The notes beneath the pieces are model-generated. The model had not been told where the DNA came from, searched no databases, and worked only from the letters and a program-made list of their open reading frames with translations. Positions 1 through 13,250 of a stretch of 64,000 nt of DNA are shown here, one piece after another; the stretch's first letter is position 1, and each line of letters begins with the position of its first letter. The DNA lies in assembly GCF_009914755.1 (NCBI RefSeq), contig NC_060933.1, one strand, 5' to 3'. The position numbers were made by a program, and so were the translations under genes. The DNA comes from the human T2T-CHM13v2.0 reference genome, Homo sapiens.

Positions 1-710
1 AGGGAATGGAATGGAATGGAATTAACCTGAACAGAATGGAATGGAATGGAATGGAACGGAATGGAAGGGAATGGAATGGAATGGAATTAACCTGAACAGA
101 ATGGAATGGAATGGAATGGAACGGAATGGAATGGAATGGAATGGAATGGAATGGAATGCAATGAAATGGGATCAACCCGAGTGCAGGGGAATGGAATGGA
201 ATGCAATGCAATGGAATGGAATCAATGAACCCGAGTGCAATAGAATGCAGTGGAATGGAATGGAATGGAATGGAAAGTACCCGAATGGAATGGAATGGAA
301 TGGAGTGTAAGGGAATTAAAAAGAATCAATCCGAATGTAATGGAATGGAATGGAACGGAATGGAATGGAATGGAATGGAATGGAATGGAATGGAATCAAC
401 TCGATTGCAATGGAATGGAATGGAATGGAATGGAATGGAATGGAATGGAATGGAATGGAATGGAATGGAATTAACCCGAATAGAATGGAATGGAATGGAA
501 TGGAATGGAATGGAATGGAATGGAAGGGAATGGAATGGAATTGAATGGAATGGAATGCCTTCAAAACGAATGGAATGGAAAGGAATTGAATCAACAAGAG
601 TGGAATGGAATGGAATGGAATGGAAAGGAATGGAATGGAATGGAATGGTACGGAATAGAATGGAATGGAAGGAAATGGAATGAAATGGAATGGAATGGAA
701 TGGAATGGAA

Positions 711-850
711 TCGTTCCAAGTGGAATAGGAGGGAATGTATTCGAGTGGAATGGAAAGGAATGGAATCAACCAGAGTGGAATGGAAGGGAATGGAATGGAA
801 TGGAAACTAATAGAATGGAATCAACCCGAGTGGAATGGAATGGAAAGGAC
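711..850 (+). repeat. Complex landmark cassette TCGTTCCGAGTGGAATAGGAGGGAATGTATTCGAG...AAACTAATAG (first of ~15 copies)
   Basis: Copies start at ~711, 1731, 3278, 9675 (degenerate), 15020, 20030, 20769, 26960, 29814, 33055, 34732, 38756, 53521, 55996 and 56771. Confidence 0.88.
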
Positions 851-1516
851 TGGAATGGAATGGAATGGAATGGAATGGAATGGAATGGAATGGAATGGAA
901 TCAACTCGATTGTAATAGAATGGAATGGAATGGAATGGAATGGAATGAAATGGCATGGAATGGAATTAACCCGAATACAATGGAATGGAATGGAATGGAA
1001 GGGAATGGAGTGGAATGGAATGGAATCAACCCGAGTGCAGGGAAATGGAATGGAATGGAATGCAATGGAATGGAATCATCCGGAATGGAATGGAATGGAA
1101 TGGAAAGCAAAGCAATGGAATCAACTCGATTGCAATGGAATGGAATGGAATGGAAAGGAATAGAATGGAATCAACCCGAGTGGAATGGAATGGAAAGGAC
1201 TGGAATGGAGTGGAATGGAATGGAATGGAATGGAATGGAATCAACTCGAATGGAATGGAATGGAAAGGAATGGAATCGAATGGAATGGAATCAACTCGAT
1301 TGCAATCGAATGGAATGGAATGGAATTAACCCGAATAGAATGGAATGGAATGGAATGGAACGGAACGGAACGGAATGGAATGGATTGGAATGGAATGGAA
1401 TGGAATGGAATGGAACGGAAAGGAATGCAATGGAATGGAATGGAATGGAATGGAATGGAATGGAATGGAATCAACGCGAGTGCAGGGGAATGGAATGGAA
1501 TGGAATGCAATGGAAT

Positions 1517-1531
1517 GGAATCTTCCGGAAT
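1517..1531. promoter_or_regulatory. Perfect 3-unit heat-shock-element match (first copy of ~40)
   Basis: GGAAT-CTTCC-GGAAT = nGAAn nTTCn nGAAn. Motif match only; binding is not shown. Confidence 0.5.
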
Positions 1532-3599
1532 GCAATGGAATGGAATGGAATGGAATGGAATGGAATGGAATGGAATGGAATGGAATGCAATGGAATGGAA
1601 TCAACCCGAGTACAATGGAATGGAATGGAATGGAATGGAATGGAATGGAATGGAATGGAATGATACGGAATAGAATGGAATGGAACGCAATGGAATGGAA
1701 TGGAATGGAATGGAATGGAATGGAATGGAATCGTTCCGAGTGGAATAGGAGGGAATGTATTCGAGTGGAATGGAAAGGAATGGAATCAACCAGAGTGGAA
1801 TGGAAGGCAATAGAATGGAATGGAAACTAATAGAATGGAATCAACCCGAGTGGAATGGAATGGAAAGGAATGGAATGGAATGGAATGGAATGGAATCAAC
1901 TCGATTGTAATGGAATGGAATGGAATGGAATGGAATGGAATGGAATGGAATGGAATGGAATCAACCCGAGTGCAATGGAATGGAGTGGAATGGAATGGAA
2001 TGGAATGGAACAACCTGAATGGAATGGAATGGAATGGAGAGTAAGGGAGTTGAATAGAATCAATCCGCATGTAATGGAATTGAATGGAACGGAATGGAAT
2101 TGAATGGAATGGAATGGAATGCAATGGAATGGAATCAACCCGAGTGCAATGGAATGGAGAGGAATGGAATGGAATGGAATGGAAACTACCCGAATGGAAT
2201 GGAATGTAATGCAGTGTAAGGGAATTGAATAGAATCAATCCGAATGTAATGGAATGGAATGTAATGGAATGGAATGGAATGGAATGGAATGGAATGGAAT
2301 TGAATGGAATGGAATGCAATGGAATGGAATCAACCCGAGTGCAATCGAATGGAATCAAATTGAATGGAATGTAATGGAATGGATTCAACTTGAATGGAAT
2401 GGAAAGAATGGAATCAACACGAGTGGAATGGCATGGATTGGAATGGAATGGAATGGAATCAACCCGAGTACAGGGGAATGGAATGGAATGGAATGCAATG
2501 GAATGGAATCATCCGTAATGGAATGGAAAGGAATGGAATGGAATGGAATGGAATGGAATGGAATGGAATGGAATCAACTCGATTGCAATCGAATGGAATG
2601 GAATGGAATTAACCCGAATAGAATGGAATGGAATGGAATGGAACGGAACGGAATGGAATGGAATGGAATGGAATGGAATGGAATGGAATGCAATGGAATG
2701 GAATGGAATGGAATGGAATGGAATGGAATGGAATGGTATGCAATGGAATGGAATGGTACGGAATAGAATGGAATCCAACGAATTGTAATGGAATGGAATT
2801 GAATGGAATGCAATGGAATGGAATGAACGCGAGTGCAGGGGAATGTAATGGAACGGAATGCAATGGAATGGAATCATCTGGAATGGAATGGAATGGAATG
2901 GAATGCAATCAACCCTAGTGCAATGGAATGGAGTGGAATGGAATGGTATGGAATGGAACAACCCGTATGGAATGGAATGTAATGGAGAGTAAGGGCTTTG
3001 AATAGAATCAATCCGAATGTAATGGAATGGAATGCAAGGGAATGGAATGGAATGGAATGGAATGGAATGCAATGGAATGGAATCAACCCGAGTACAACGG
3101 AATGGAATGGAATGCAATGGAATGGAATGCCTTCAAACCGAATGGAATGGAAAGGAATGGAATCAACACGAGTGGAATGGAATGGAATGGAATGGAACGG
3201 AATGGAATGGAATGATATGGAATAGAATGGAATGGAACGAAATGGAGTAGAATGGAATGGAATGGAATGGAATGGAATCGTTCCGAGTGGAATAGGAGGG
3301 AATGTATTCGAGTGGAATGGAAAGGAATGGAATCAACCAGAGTGGAATGGAAGGGAATGGAATGGAATGGAAACTAATAGAATGGAATCAACCCGAGTGG
3401 AATGGAATGGAAAGGACTGGAATGGAATGGAATGGAATTGAATGGAATGGAATCAACTCGATTGTAATGGAATGGAATGGAATGGAATGGAATGGAATGG
3501 AATTAACCCGAATACAATGGAACGGAATGGAATGGAACGGAATGGAGTGGAATGGAATGGAATGGAATGCAATCAACCCGAGTGCAATGGAATGGAGTG

Positions 3600-6500
3600 G
3601 AATGGATTGGAATGGATTGGAAACAACCTGAATGGAATGGAATGAAATGGAGTGTAAGGGAATTGAATACAATCAAACCGAATGTAATGGAATGGAATGG
3701 AACGGAATGGAATGGAATGGAATGGAATGGAATGCAGTGGAATGGAATCAAACCTAGTGCAATGGAATGGAATGGAATGGAATGGAATGGAATGGAATGG
3801 AATGGAATGGAATCAATTCGATTGCAATGGAATGGAATGGAATGGAATGGAATGGGTTCAACTCGAATGGAATGGAAAGGAATGGAATCAACCCGAGTGG
3901 AATGGCATGGAATGGAATGCAATGGAATGGAATGGAATGGAATGGAATGCAAAGGAATGGAATGGAATGCAATGGAATCAACCCGAGTGCTATGTAATGG
4001 AATTGAATGGAATGGAATGGAATGGAATGGAATGGATTCAACCCGAATGGAATGGAAAGGAATGGAATAAACCCGAGTGGAATGGCATGGAATGGAGTGG
4101 AATGGAATGGAATGGAATGGAATGGAATGGAATGGTACGGAATAGAATGGAATGGAACGAAATGGAATGTAATGTAATGGAATGGAATGGAATGGAATGA
4201 ACCCGTGTGCAATGGAATGGAATGGAAAGGAATGGAATGGAATGGAATGAACCCGTGTGCAATGGAATGGAATCGAATGGAATGGAATGGAATGGAATGG
4301 ATTCAAGTCGAATGGAATGGAAAGGAATGGAATCAACCCGAGTGGAATGGCATGGAATGGAATGGAATGAAATGGAATGGAATGGAATGGAATGGTACGG
4401 AATAGAACGGAATGAAACGAAATGGAATGGAATGGAATGGAATGGAATGGAATGGAATGGAATGGAAAGGAATGGAATGGAATCAACCCGAGTGCAGGTG
4501 AATGGAATGGAATGGAAGGCAATGGAATGCAATCATCCGGAATGGAATGGAATGGAATGGAATGGAATGGAATCAACTCGATTGCAATGGAATGTAATGG
4601 AATGGAATGGAATGGAATTAACCCTAATAGAATGGAATGGAATGGAATGGAATGGAATGGAATGGAATGGAATGGAATGGAAAGGAATGGAATGGAATCA
4701 ACCCGAGTGCAGGTGAATGGAATGGAATGGAAGGCAATGGAATGCAATCATCCGGAATTGAATGGAATGGAATGGAATGGAATGGAATCAACTCGATTGC
4801 AATGGAATGTAATGGAATGGAATGGAATGGAATTAACCCTAATAGAATGGAATGGAATGGAATGGAAGGGAATGGAATGGAATGGAATGGAATGGAATTA
4901 ACCGGAATAGAATGCAATGGAATGGAATGGAATGGAATGGAATGGAATGGAATGAAATGGAATCAACTCGATTTCAATGGAATGGAATGGAATGGAATGG
5001 AATGGAATGGAATGCAATGAAATTAAACCGAATAGAATGGAATGGAATGGAATGGAATGGAATGGAATGGAATGGAATAGAGTGGAATGGAATGGAATGG
5101 AATAGAATGGAATCCACCCGAGTGCAGGGGAATGGAATGGAATGGAATGCAATGGAATGGAATCATGCGGAATGGAATGGAATGGAATGGAATGGAATCA
5201 ACCCGATTGCAATGGAATGGAGTGGAATGGAATGGAATGGAATGGAAACAACCCGAATGGAATGGAATGGAATGGAATGGAGTGTAAGGGAATTGAATAG
5301 AATCAATACGAATGTAATGGAATGGAATGGAACGGAATGGAATGCAATGGAATGGAATGGAATCCAATGGAATGGGTTCAACCCGAGTGCAATGGAATGG
5401 AATCGAAAGTAATGGAATGGAATGGAATGGATTCAACACGAATGGAATGGAAAGGAATGGAATCAACCCGAGTGGAATGGAATTTAATGGAATGGAATGG
5501 AATGGAATGCAGTGAAATGGAATCAAACCTAGTGCAATGGAATGGAATGGAATGGAATGGAATGGAATGGATTAAATTCAACCCAAATGGAATGGAAAGC
5601 AATGGAATCAACCCGAGTGGAATGGCATGGAATGGAATGGAATGGAATGGAATGGAAAGGTACGGAATAGAATGGAATGGAACGAAATGGAATGGAATGG
5701 GATGGAATGGAATGGAATGGAATGGAATGGAATAGAATGGAATCCACCCGATTACAGGGGAATGGAATGGAATGGAATGCAAAGGAATGGAATGGAATGG
5801 ATTCAACCCGAATGGAATGGAAAGGAAAGGAATAATCCCGAGTGAAATGGCATGGAAGGGAATGGAATGGAATGGAATGGTACGGAGTAGAATGGAATGG
5901 AACGAAATGGAATGGAATGGAATGGAATGGAATGAACCCGTGAGCAATGGAATGGAATGGAATGGAATGGAATGGAATGGAATGGAATTTGTTCAACTCG
6001 AATGGAATGGAAAGGAATGGAATCAACCCGAGTGGAATGGCATGGAATGGAATGGAATGGAATGGAATGGAATGGAATGGAATGGATTCAACCCGAATGG
6101 AATGGAAAGGAATGGAATAAACCCGAGTGGAATGGCATGGAACGGAGTGGAATGGAATGGAATGGAAGGGAATGGTACGGAATAGAATGGAATGGAACGA
6201 AATGGAATGGAATGGAACGGAATGGAATGGAATGGAATGGAATGGAATGAACCCGTGTGCAATTGAATGGAATCGAATGGAATGGAATGCAATGGAATGG
6301 ATTCAACTAGAATGGAATGGAAAGGAATGGAATCAACCCGAGTGGAATGGCATGGTATGGAATGGAATGGAATGGAATGGAATGGAAAGGTACGGAATAG
6401 AATGGAATGGAACGAAATGGAATGGAATGGAATGGAATGAATGGAATGGAATGGAATAGAATGGAATCCAACCGATTGCAGGGGAATGGAATGGAACGGA

Positions 6501-9500
6501 ATGCAATGGAATGGAATGGAATGGATTCAACCCGAATGGAATGGAAAGGAATGGAATCAACCCGAGTGGAATGGCATGGAATGGAATGGAATGGAATGGA
6601 ATAGTACGGAATAGAATGGAATGGAACGAAATGGAATGGAATGGAATCAACCTGAGTGCAATGGAATGGAGTGGAATGGAATGGAATGGAACGGAAACAA
6701 CCCGAATGGAATGGAATGTAATGGAGTTTAAGGGAATTGAATACAATCAATCCGAATGTAATGGAATGGAATGGAACGGAATGGAATGGAATGGAATGGA
6801 ATGGAATGGAATGGAATGGAATGAAATGGAATGGCAGGGAATGGAATGGAATCAACCCGAGTGCAAAGGAATGGAATGGAATGGAATGGAAGGGAATGGA
6901 ATGGAATGGAATAGAGTGGAATGGAATGGAATGGAATGGAATGGAATGCAATGAAATGGGATCAACCCGAGTGCAGGGGAATGGAATGGAATGGAATGCA
7001 ATGGAATGGAATCAATGAACCCGAGTGCAATAGAATGCAGTGGAATGGAATGGAATGGAATGGAAAGTACCCGAATGGAATGGAATGGAATGGAGTGTAA
7101 GGGAATTAAAAATAATCAATCCAAATGTAATGGAATGGAATGGAACGGAATGGAATGGAATGGAATGGAATGGAATGGAATGGAATGGTACGGAATAGAA
7201 TGGAATGGAACGAAATGGAATGGAATGGAATGGAATGGAACGGAAAGGAATGGAATCAACTCGATTGCAATGGAATGCAATGGAATGGAATGGAATGCAA
7301 TTGAAGCGAATAGAATGGAATGGAATGGAATGGAACGGAATGGAATGGAATGGAATGGAATCGAATGGAATCAACCTGAGTGCAGGGGTATGGAATGGAA
7401 TGGAATGCAATGGAATGTAATGGAATGGAATGCAATGGAAAAAACTCGATTGCAATGGAATGGAATGGAATGGAATGGAATGGAAGGGAAAGGAATGGAA
7501 TGGAATTAACCTGAACAGAATGGAATGGAATGGAATGGAACGGAATGGAAAGGAATGGATTCAACCTGAATGGAATGGAAAGGAATGGAATAAACCCGAG
7601 TGGAATGGCATGGAATGGAATGGAATGGAATGGAATGGTACGGAATAGAATGGAATGGAACGAAATGGAATGGAATGGAATGGAATGGAATGGAATGCAA
7701 TCAACCTGAGTGCAATGGAATGGAATGGAATGGAATGGAATGGAACGGAATGGAAACAACCCGAATGGAATGGAATGGAATGGAGTGTAAGGAATTGAAT
7801 ACAATCAATCCGAATGTAATGGAATGGAATGGAACGGAATGGAATGGAATGGAACGCAGTGGAATGGAATCAAACCTAGTGCAATGGAATGGAATGGAAT
7901 GGAATGGAATGCAATGGAATGGATTGGATTCAACCCAAATGGAATGGAAAGCAATAGAATCAACCCGAGTGGAATGGCATGGAATGGAATGGAATGGAAT
8001 GGAATGGAATGGAATGGTACGGAATAGAATGGAATGGATCGAAATGGAATGGAATGGAATGGAATGGAACGGAATGGAATGGAATCAACTCGATTGCAAT
8101 GGAATGTAATGGAATGGAATGGAATGGAATTAACGCGAATAGAATGGAATGGAATGGAATGGAAAGGAATGGGATGGAATGGAATCAATCTGAGTGCAGG
8201 GGAATGGAATGGAATGGAATGCAATGGAATGGAATCATCCGGAATGGAATGGAATGGAATGGAATGGAATGGAATGGAATGGAATGGAATTAACCCGAAT
8301 AGAATGGAATGGAATGGAATGGAATGGAATGGAATGGAATGGAATGGAATCAACTCGATTTCAATGGAATGGAATGGAATGGAATGGAATGGAATGGAAT
8401 GGAATAGAATGGAATCCACCCGACTGCAGGGGAATGGAATGGAATAGAATGCAATGGAATGGAATCATACGGAATGGAATGGAATGGAATGGAATGGAAT
8501 GGAATGGAATGGAATGGAAAGAACCCGAATGGAATGGAATGTGATGGAGTGTAAGGGAATTGAATAGAATCAATCCGAATGTAATGGAATTGAATGGAAC
8601 GGAATGGAATGGAATGGAATGTAATGGAATGGAATGGAATGCAATGGAATGGGATCAACACGAGTGCAATGGAATGGATTCGAAAGGAATGGAATGGAAT
8701 GGAAAGGCTTCACCCCGAATGGAATGGAAAGGAATGGAATCAACCCGAGTGGAATGGAATGGAATGGAATGGAATGGAATGCAATGGAATGCAATGGAAT
8801 GGAACGGAATGGAATCAACCCGATTGCAATGAAATTGAATGGAATGGAATGGAATGGAATGGAATTAACCCGAATAGAATGGAATGGAATGGAATGGAAT
8901 GGTATGGAATGGAATGGAACGGAATGGAATGGAATGGAATTGAATGGAATCAACCCGGGTGCAGGGGAATGCAATTGAATGGAAGGCAATGGAATGCAAT
9001 CATCCGGAATGGAATGGAATGGAATGGAATGGAATGGAATGGTTTCAACCCGAATGGAATGGAATGGAATGGAATCAACCCGAGTGGAATGACATGGAAT
9101 GGAATGGAATGGAATGGAATGGAATGGAATGGAATGGAATGGTATGGAATAGAATGGAATGGAACGAAATGGAATGGAAGGGAATGGAATGGAATGGAAT
9201 GGAATCAACCCGACTGCAATGGAATGGAGTGGAATGGAATGGAATGGAATGGAAACAACCCGAATGGAATGGAATGTAATGGAGTGTAAGGGAATTGAAT
9301 ACAATCAATACGAATGTAATGGAATGGAATGGAACGGAATGGAATGGAATGGAATGGAATGGAATGCAGTGGAATGGAATCAATCCTAGTGCAATGCAAT
9401 GGAATGCAATGGAATGGAATGGAATGGAATGGAATGGAATGGAATGGAATGGATTCAACCCAAATGGAATGGAAAGCAATGGAATCAACCCGAGTGGAAT

Positions 9501-12500
9501 GGCATGGAATGGAATGGAATGGAATGGTATGGAATAGAATGGAATGGAAAGAAATGGAATGGAATGGAATGGAATGGAATGGAACGGAGTGGAATGGAAA
9601 GGAATGGAATGGAATGGAATGGAATAGAATGGAATGGAAAGAAATGGAATGGAATGGAACAGAATGGAATGGAATCAATCAGAGTGGAATAGAAGGGAAT
9701 GCATTCGAGTAGAATGGAAAGGAATGGAATCAACCAGAGTGGAATGGAAGGGAATGGAATGGAATGGAAACTAATAAAATGGAATCAACACGAGTGGAAT
9801 GGAATGGAAAGGACTTGAATGGAATGGAATGGAATGGAATGGAATCAACTCGATTGCAATGGAATGTAATGGAATGGAATTGAATGGAATTAATGCGAAT
9901 AGAATGGATTGGAATGGAATGGAAGGGAATGGAATGGAATGGAATGGAATGGAATCAAACTGAGTGCAGGGGAATGGAATGGAATGGAATGGAATAGAAT
10001 GGAATGGAATGGAAGGGAATGGAATGGAAAGGAATTAACCTGAACAGAATGGAATGGAATGGAATGGAACGGAATGGAATGGAATGGAATGGAATGGAAT
10101 CCACCCGAGTTCAGGGGAATGGAATGGAATGGAATGCAATGGAATGGAATCAATCAACCCGAGTGCAATAGAATGCAGTGGAATGGAATGGAATGGAATG
10201 GAAAGTACCCGAATGGAATGGAATGTAATGGAGTGTAAGGGAATTAAAAAGAATCAATACGAATGTAATTGAATGGAATGGAACGGAATAGAATGGAATG
10301 GAATGGAATGGAATTGAATGAAATGGAATGGCATGGAATGGAATGGAATCAACCCGAGTGCAATGGAATGGAATCGAATGGAATGGAAGGGAATGGAATG
10401 GATTGAACCCGAATGGAATGGAAAGGAATGGAATAAACCCGAGTGGAATGGCATGGAATGGAATGGAATGGAATGGAATGGTACGGAATAGAATGGAAAA
10501 AAACGAAATGGAATGGAATGGAATGGAATGGAATGAACCCGTGTGCAATGGAATGGAATGGAATGGAATGGAATGGAATGGGTTCAACTTGAAAGGAATG
10601 GAAAGGAATGGAATCAACCCGAGTGGAATGGCATGGAATGGAATGCAATGGAATGGTATGGAATGGAATGGAATGGAATGGAATGGAATGGAATGAAATG
10701 GAATGGAATGGAATGGAATGGAATGAACCCAAGTGTAATGTAATGGAATCGAATGGAATGGAATGGAATGGAATGGATTCAACCCAAATGGAATGGAAAG
10801 GAATGGAATCAACCCGAGTGGAATGGCATGGAATGGACTGGAATGGAATGGAATGGAATGGAATGGTACGGAATAGAATGGAATGGAACGAAATGGAATG
10901 GAATGGAATGGAATGGAATGGAATGGAATGGAATGGAATGAACCCGTGTGCAATGGAATGGAATCGAATGGAATGGAATGGAATGCAAAGGATACAACTC
11001 GAATGGAATGGAAAGGAATGAAATCAACCCGAGTGGAATGGCATGGACTGGAATGGAATGGAATGGCATGGAATGGAATGGAATGGAATGGTATGGAATA
11101 GAATCGAATGGAACGAAATGGAATGGAATGGAATGGAATGGAATGGAATGGAAACAACCCGAGTGCATGGTAATGGAATGGAACGGAAGGCAATGGAATG
11201 GAATCATCCGGAATGGAATGGAATGGAATGGAATGGAATGGAATGGAATGGAATGGAATCAACTCGATTGCAATGGAATGGAATGGAATGGAATGGAATG
11301 GAATGGAATTAACCCGGATAGAATCGAATGGAATGGAATGGAATGGAGTGGAATGGAATGGAAGGGAATGGAATGTAATGTAATGGAATGGAATTAACCC
11401 GAATAGAATGGAATGGAACGGAAAGGAAGGGAATAGAATGGAATGTAATCAACTCCAGTGCAGGGGAATGCAATGGAATGGAGTGAAATGGAATGGAGTC
11501 ATACGGAATGGAAGGGAATGGAATGGAATCAACCAGAGTGCAATGGAATGGAGTGGAATGGAATGGAATAGAATGGAAACAACACGAATGGAATAGAATG
11601 TAATGGAGTGTAAGGGAATTGAATATAATCAATCCGAATGTAATGGAATGGAACGGAAAGGAATGGAATGGAATGGAATGGAATGGAATGGAATGGAATG
11701 GAATTAAATGGAATGGCATGGAATGGAATGGAATCAACCAGAGTTCAATGGAATTGAATGGAATGGAATGGAATGGAATGGAATGGAATGGAATGGAATC
11801 AACTCGATTGCAATGGAATGGAACGGAATGGGATGGAATGGAATGGAATGGAATGGAATGGGATTAACCCTAATAGAATGGAATGGAATGGAATGGAATG
11901 GAAAAGAATGGAATGGAAGGGAATGGAATGGAATGGAATGGAATGGAATGGAATTAACCCGAGTTCAATGGAATTGAATGGAATGGAATGGAATGGAATG
12001 AAATGGAATCAACTCGATTGCAATGGAATGGAATGGAATGGGATGGAATGGAATGGAATGGAATGGAATGGAATTAACCCTAATAGAATGCAATGGAATG
12101 GAATGGAATGGAATAGAATGGAATGGAAGGGAATGGAATGGAATGGAATGGAATTAACCCGAATAGAATGGAATGGAATGGAATGGAATGGAATGGAATG
12201 GAATGGAATGGAATCAACTCGATTTCAACGGAATGGAATGGAATGGAATGGAACGCAATGGAAGGGAATGGAATGGAATGGAATCAAATTAACCCGAATA
12301 TAATGGAATGGAATGGAATGGAATGGAATGGAATGGAATGGAATAGAATGGAATCCACCCGAGTGCAAGGGAATGGAATGGAATGGAATGCAATGGAATG
12401 GAATCATACGGAATGGAATGGAATGGAATGGAATGCAATGGAATGGAATGGAATCACCGGATTGAAATGGAATGGAGTGGAATGGAATGGAATGGAATGG

Positions 12501-13250
12501 AAACAACCCGAAAGGAATGGAATGTAATGGAGAGTAAGGGAATTGAATAGAATCAATACGAATGTAATGGAATGGAATGGAACGGAATGGAATGCAATGG
12601 AATGGAATGGAATGCAATGGAATGGGATCAACCCGAGTGAAATGGAATGGAATCGAAAGTAATGGAATGGAATGGAATGATTTCAACCCGAATGGAATGG
12701 AAAGGAATGGAATCAACACGAGTGGAATGCAATGGAATGGAATGGAATGGAATGGGTTCAACTCGAATGGAATGGAAAGGAATGGAATCAACCCGAGTGG
12801 AATGGCATGGAATGGAATGGAATGGAATGGAAAGGAATGGAATAGAATGAAATGGAATGGAATGGAATGGAATGGAAACAACACGAGTGCAATGTAATGG
12901 AATCGAGTGGAATGGAATTGAATGGATAGGAATGGATTCAATCCGAATGGAATGGAAAGGAATTGAATAAACCCGAGAGGAATAGCATGGAATGGAGTGG
13001 AATGGAATGGAATGGAATGGAATGGTAAGGAATAGAATGGAATGGAACTAAATGGAATGGAATGGAATGGAATGGAATGGAATAGAATGAACCCGTGTGC
13101 AATGGAATGGAATCGAATGGAATGGAATGGAATGGAATGGATTCAACTCGAATGGAATGGAAAGGAATGGAATCAACCCGAGTGGAATAGCATGGATTGG
13201 AATGGAAAGGAATGGAATGGAATGGTACGGAATAGAGTGGAATGGAACGA
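3600..13250 (+). repeat. HSat3 sub-domain with a distinct cassette set
   Basis: Rich in TGAACCCGTGTGC (~4198, 4248, 6248, 10534, 10939, 13088), TCAAACCTAGTGC (~3748, 5523, 7870) and CCCGAGTGGAATGGCATGG. I saw no TCTTCCGG, CAACGCGAGT, CATCCGTAAT or GGATTCAACTTGAATGGAATGGAAAGAA cassettes here. Boundaries are approximate. Confidence 0.75.
4460..4890 (+). repeat. 215-bp tandem duplication
   Basis: Private variant AGTGCAGGTG at 4491 and 4706, and TTAACCCTAA at 4618 and 4833; both offsets are 215. Confidence 0.85.

Noticed and set aside
711-750. AGGAGG in the landmark cassette as a Shine-Dalgarno sequence before ATG
   Set aside because: This is eukaryotic satellite context. It is a chance product of purine-rich pentamer variants, and the downstream frame is repeat translation.
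2221-2245. TTGAATAGAATCAA as a DUX4 site or functional hairpin
   Set aside because: It does not fit TAAYYYAATCA, and the TTGA/TCAA stem is only ~4-5 bp, too weak to support a claim.
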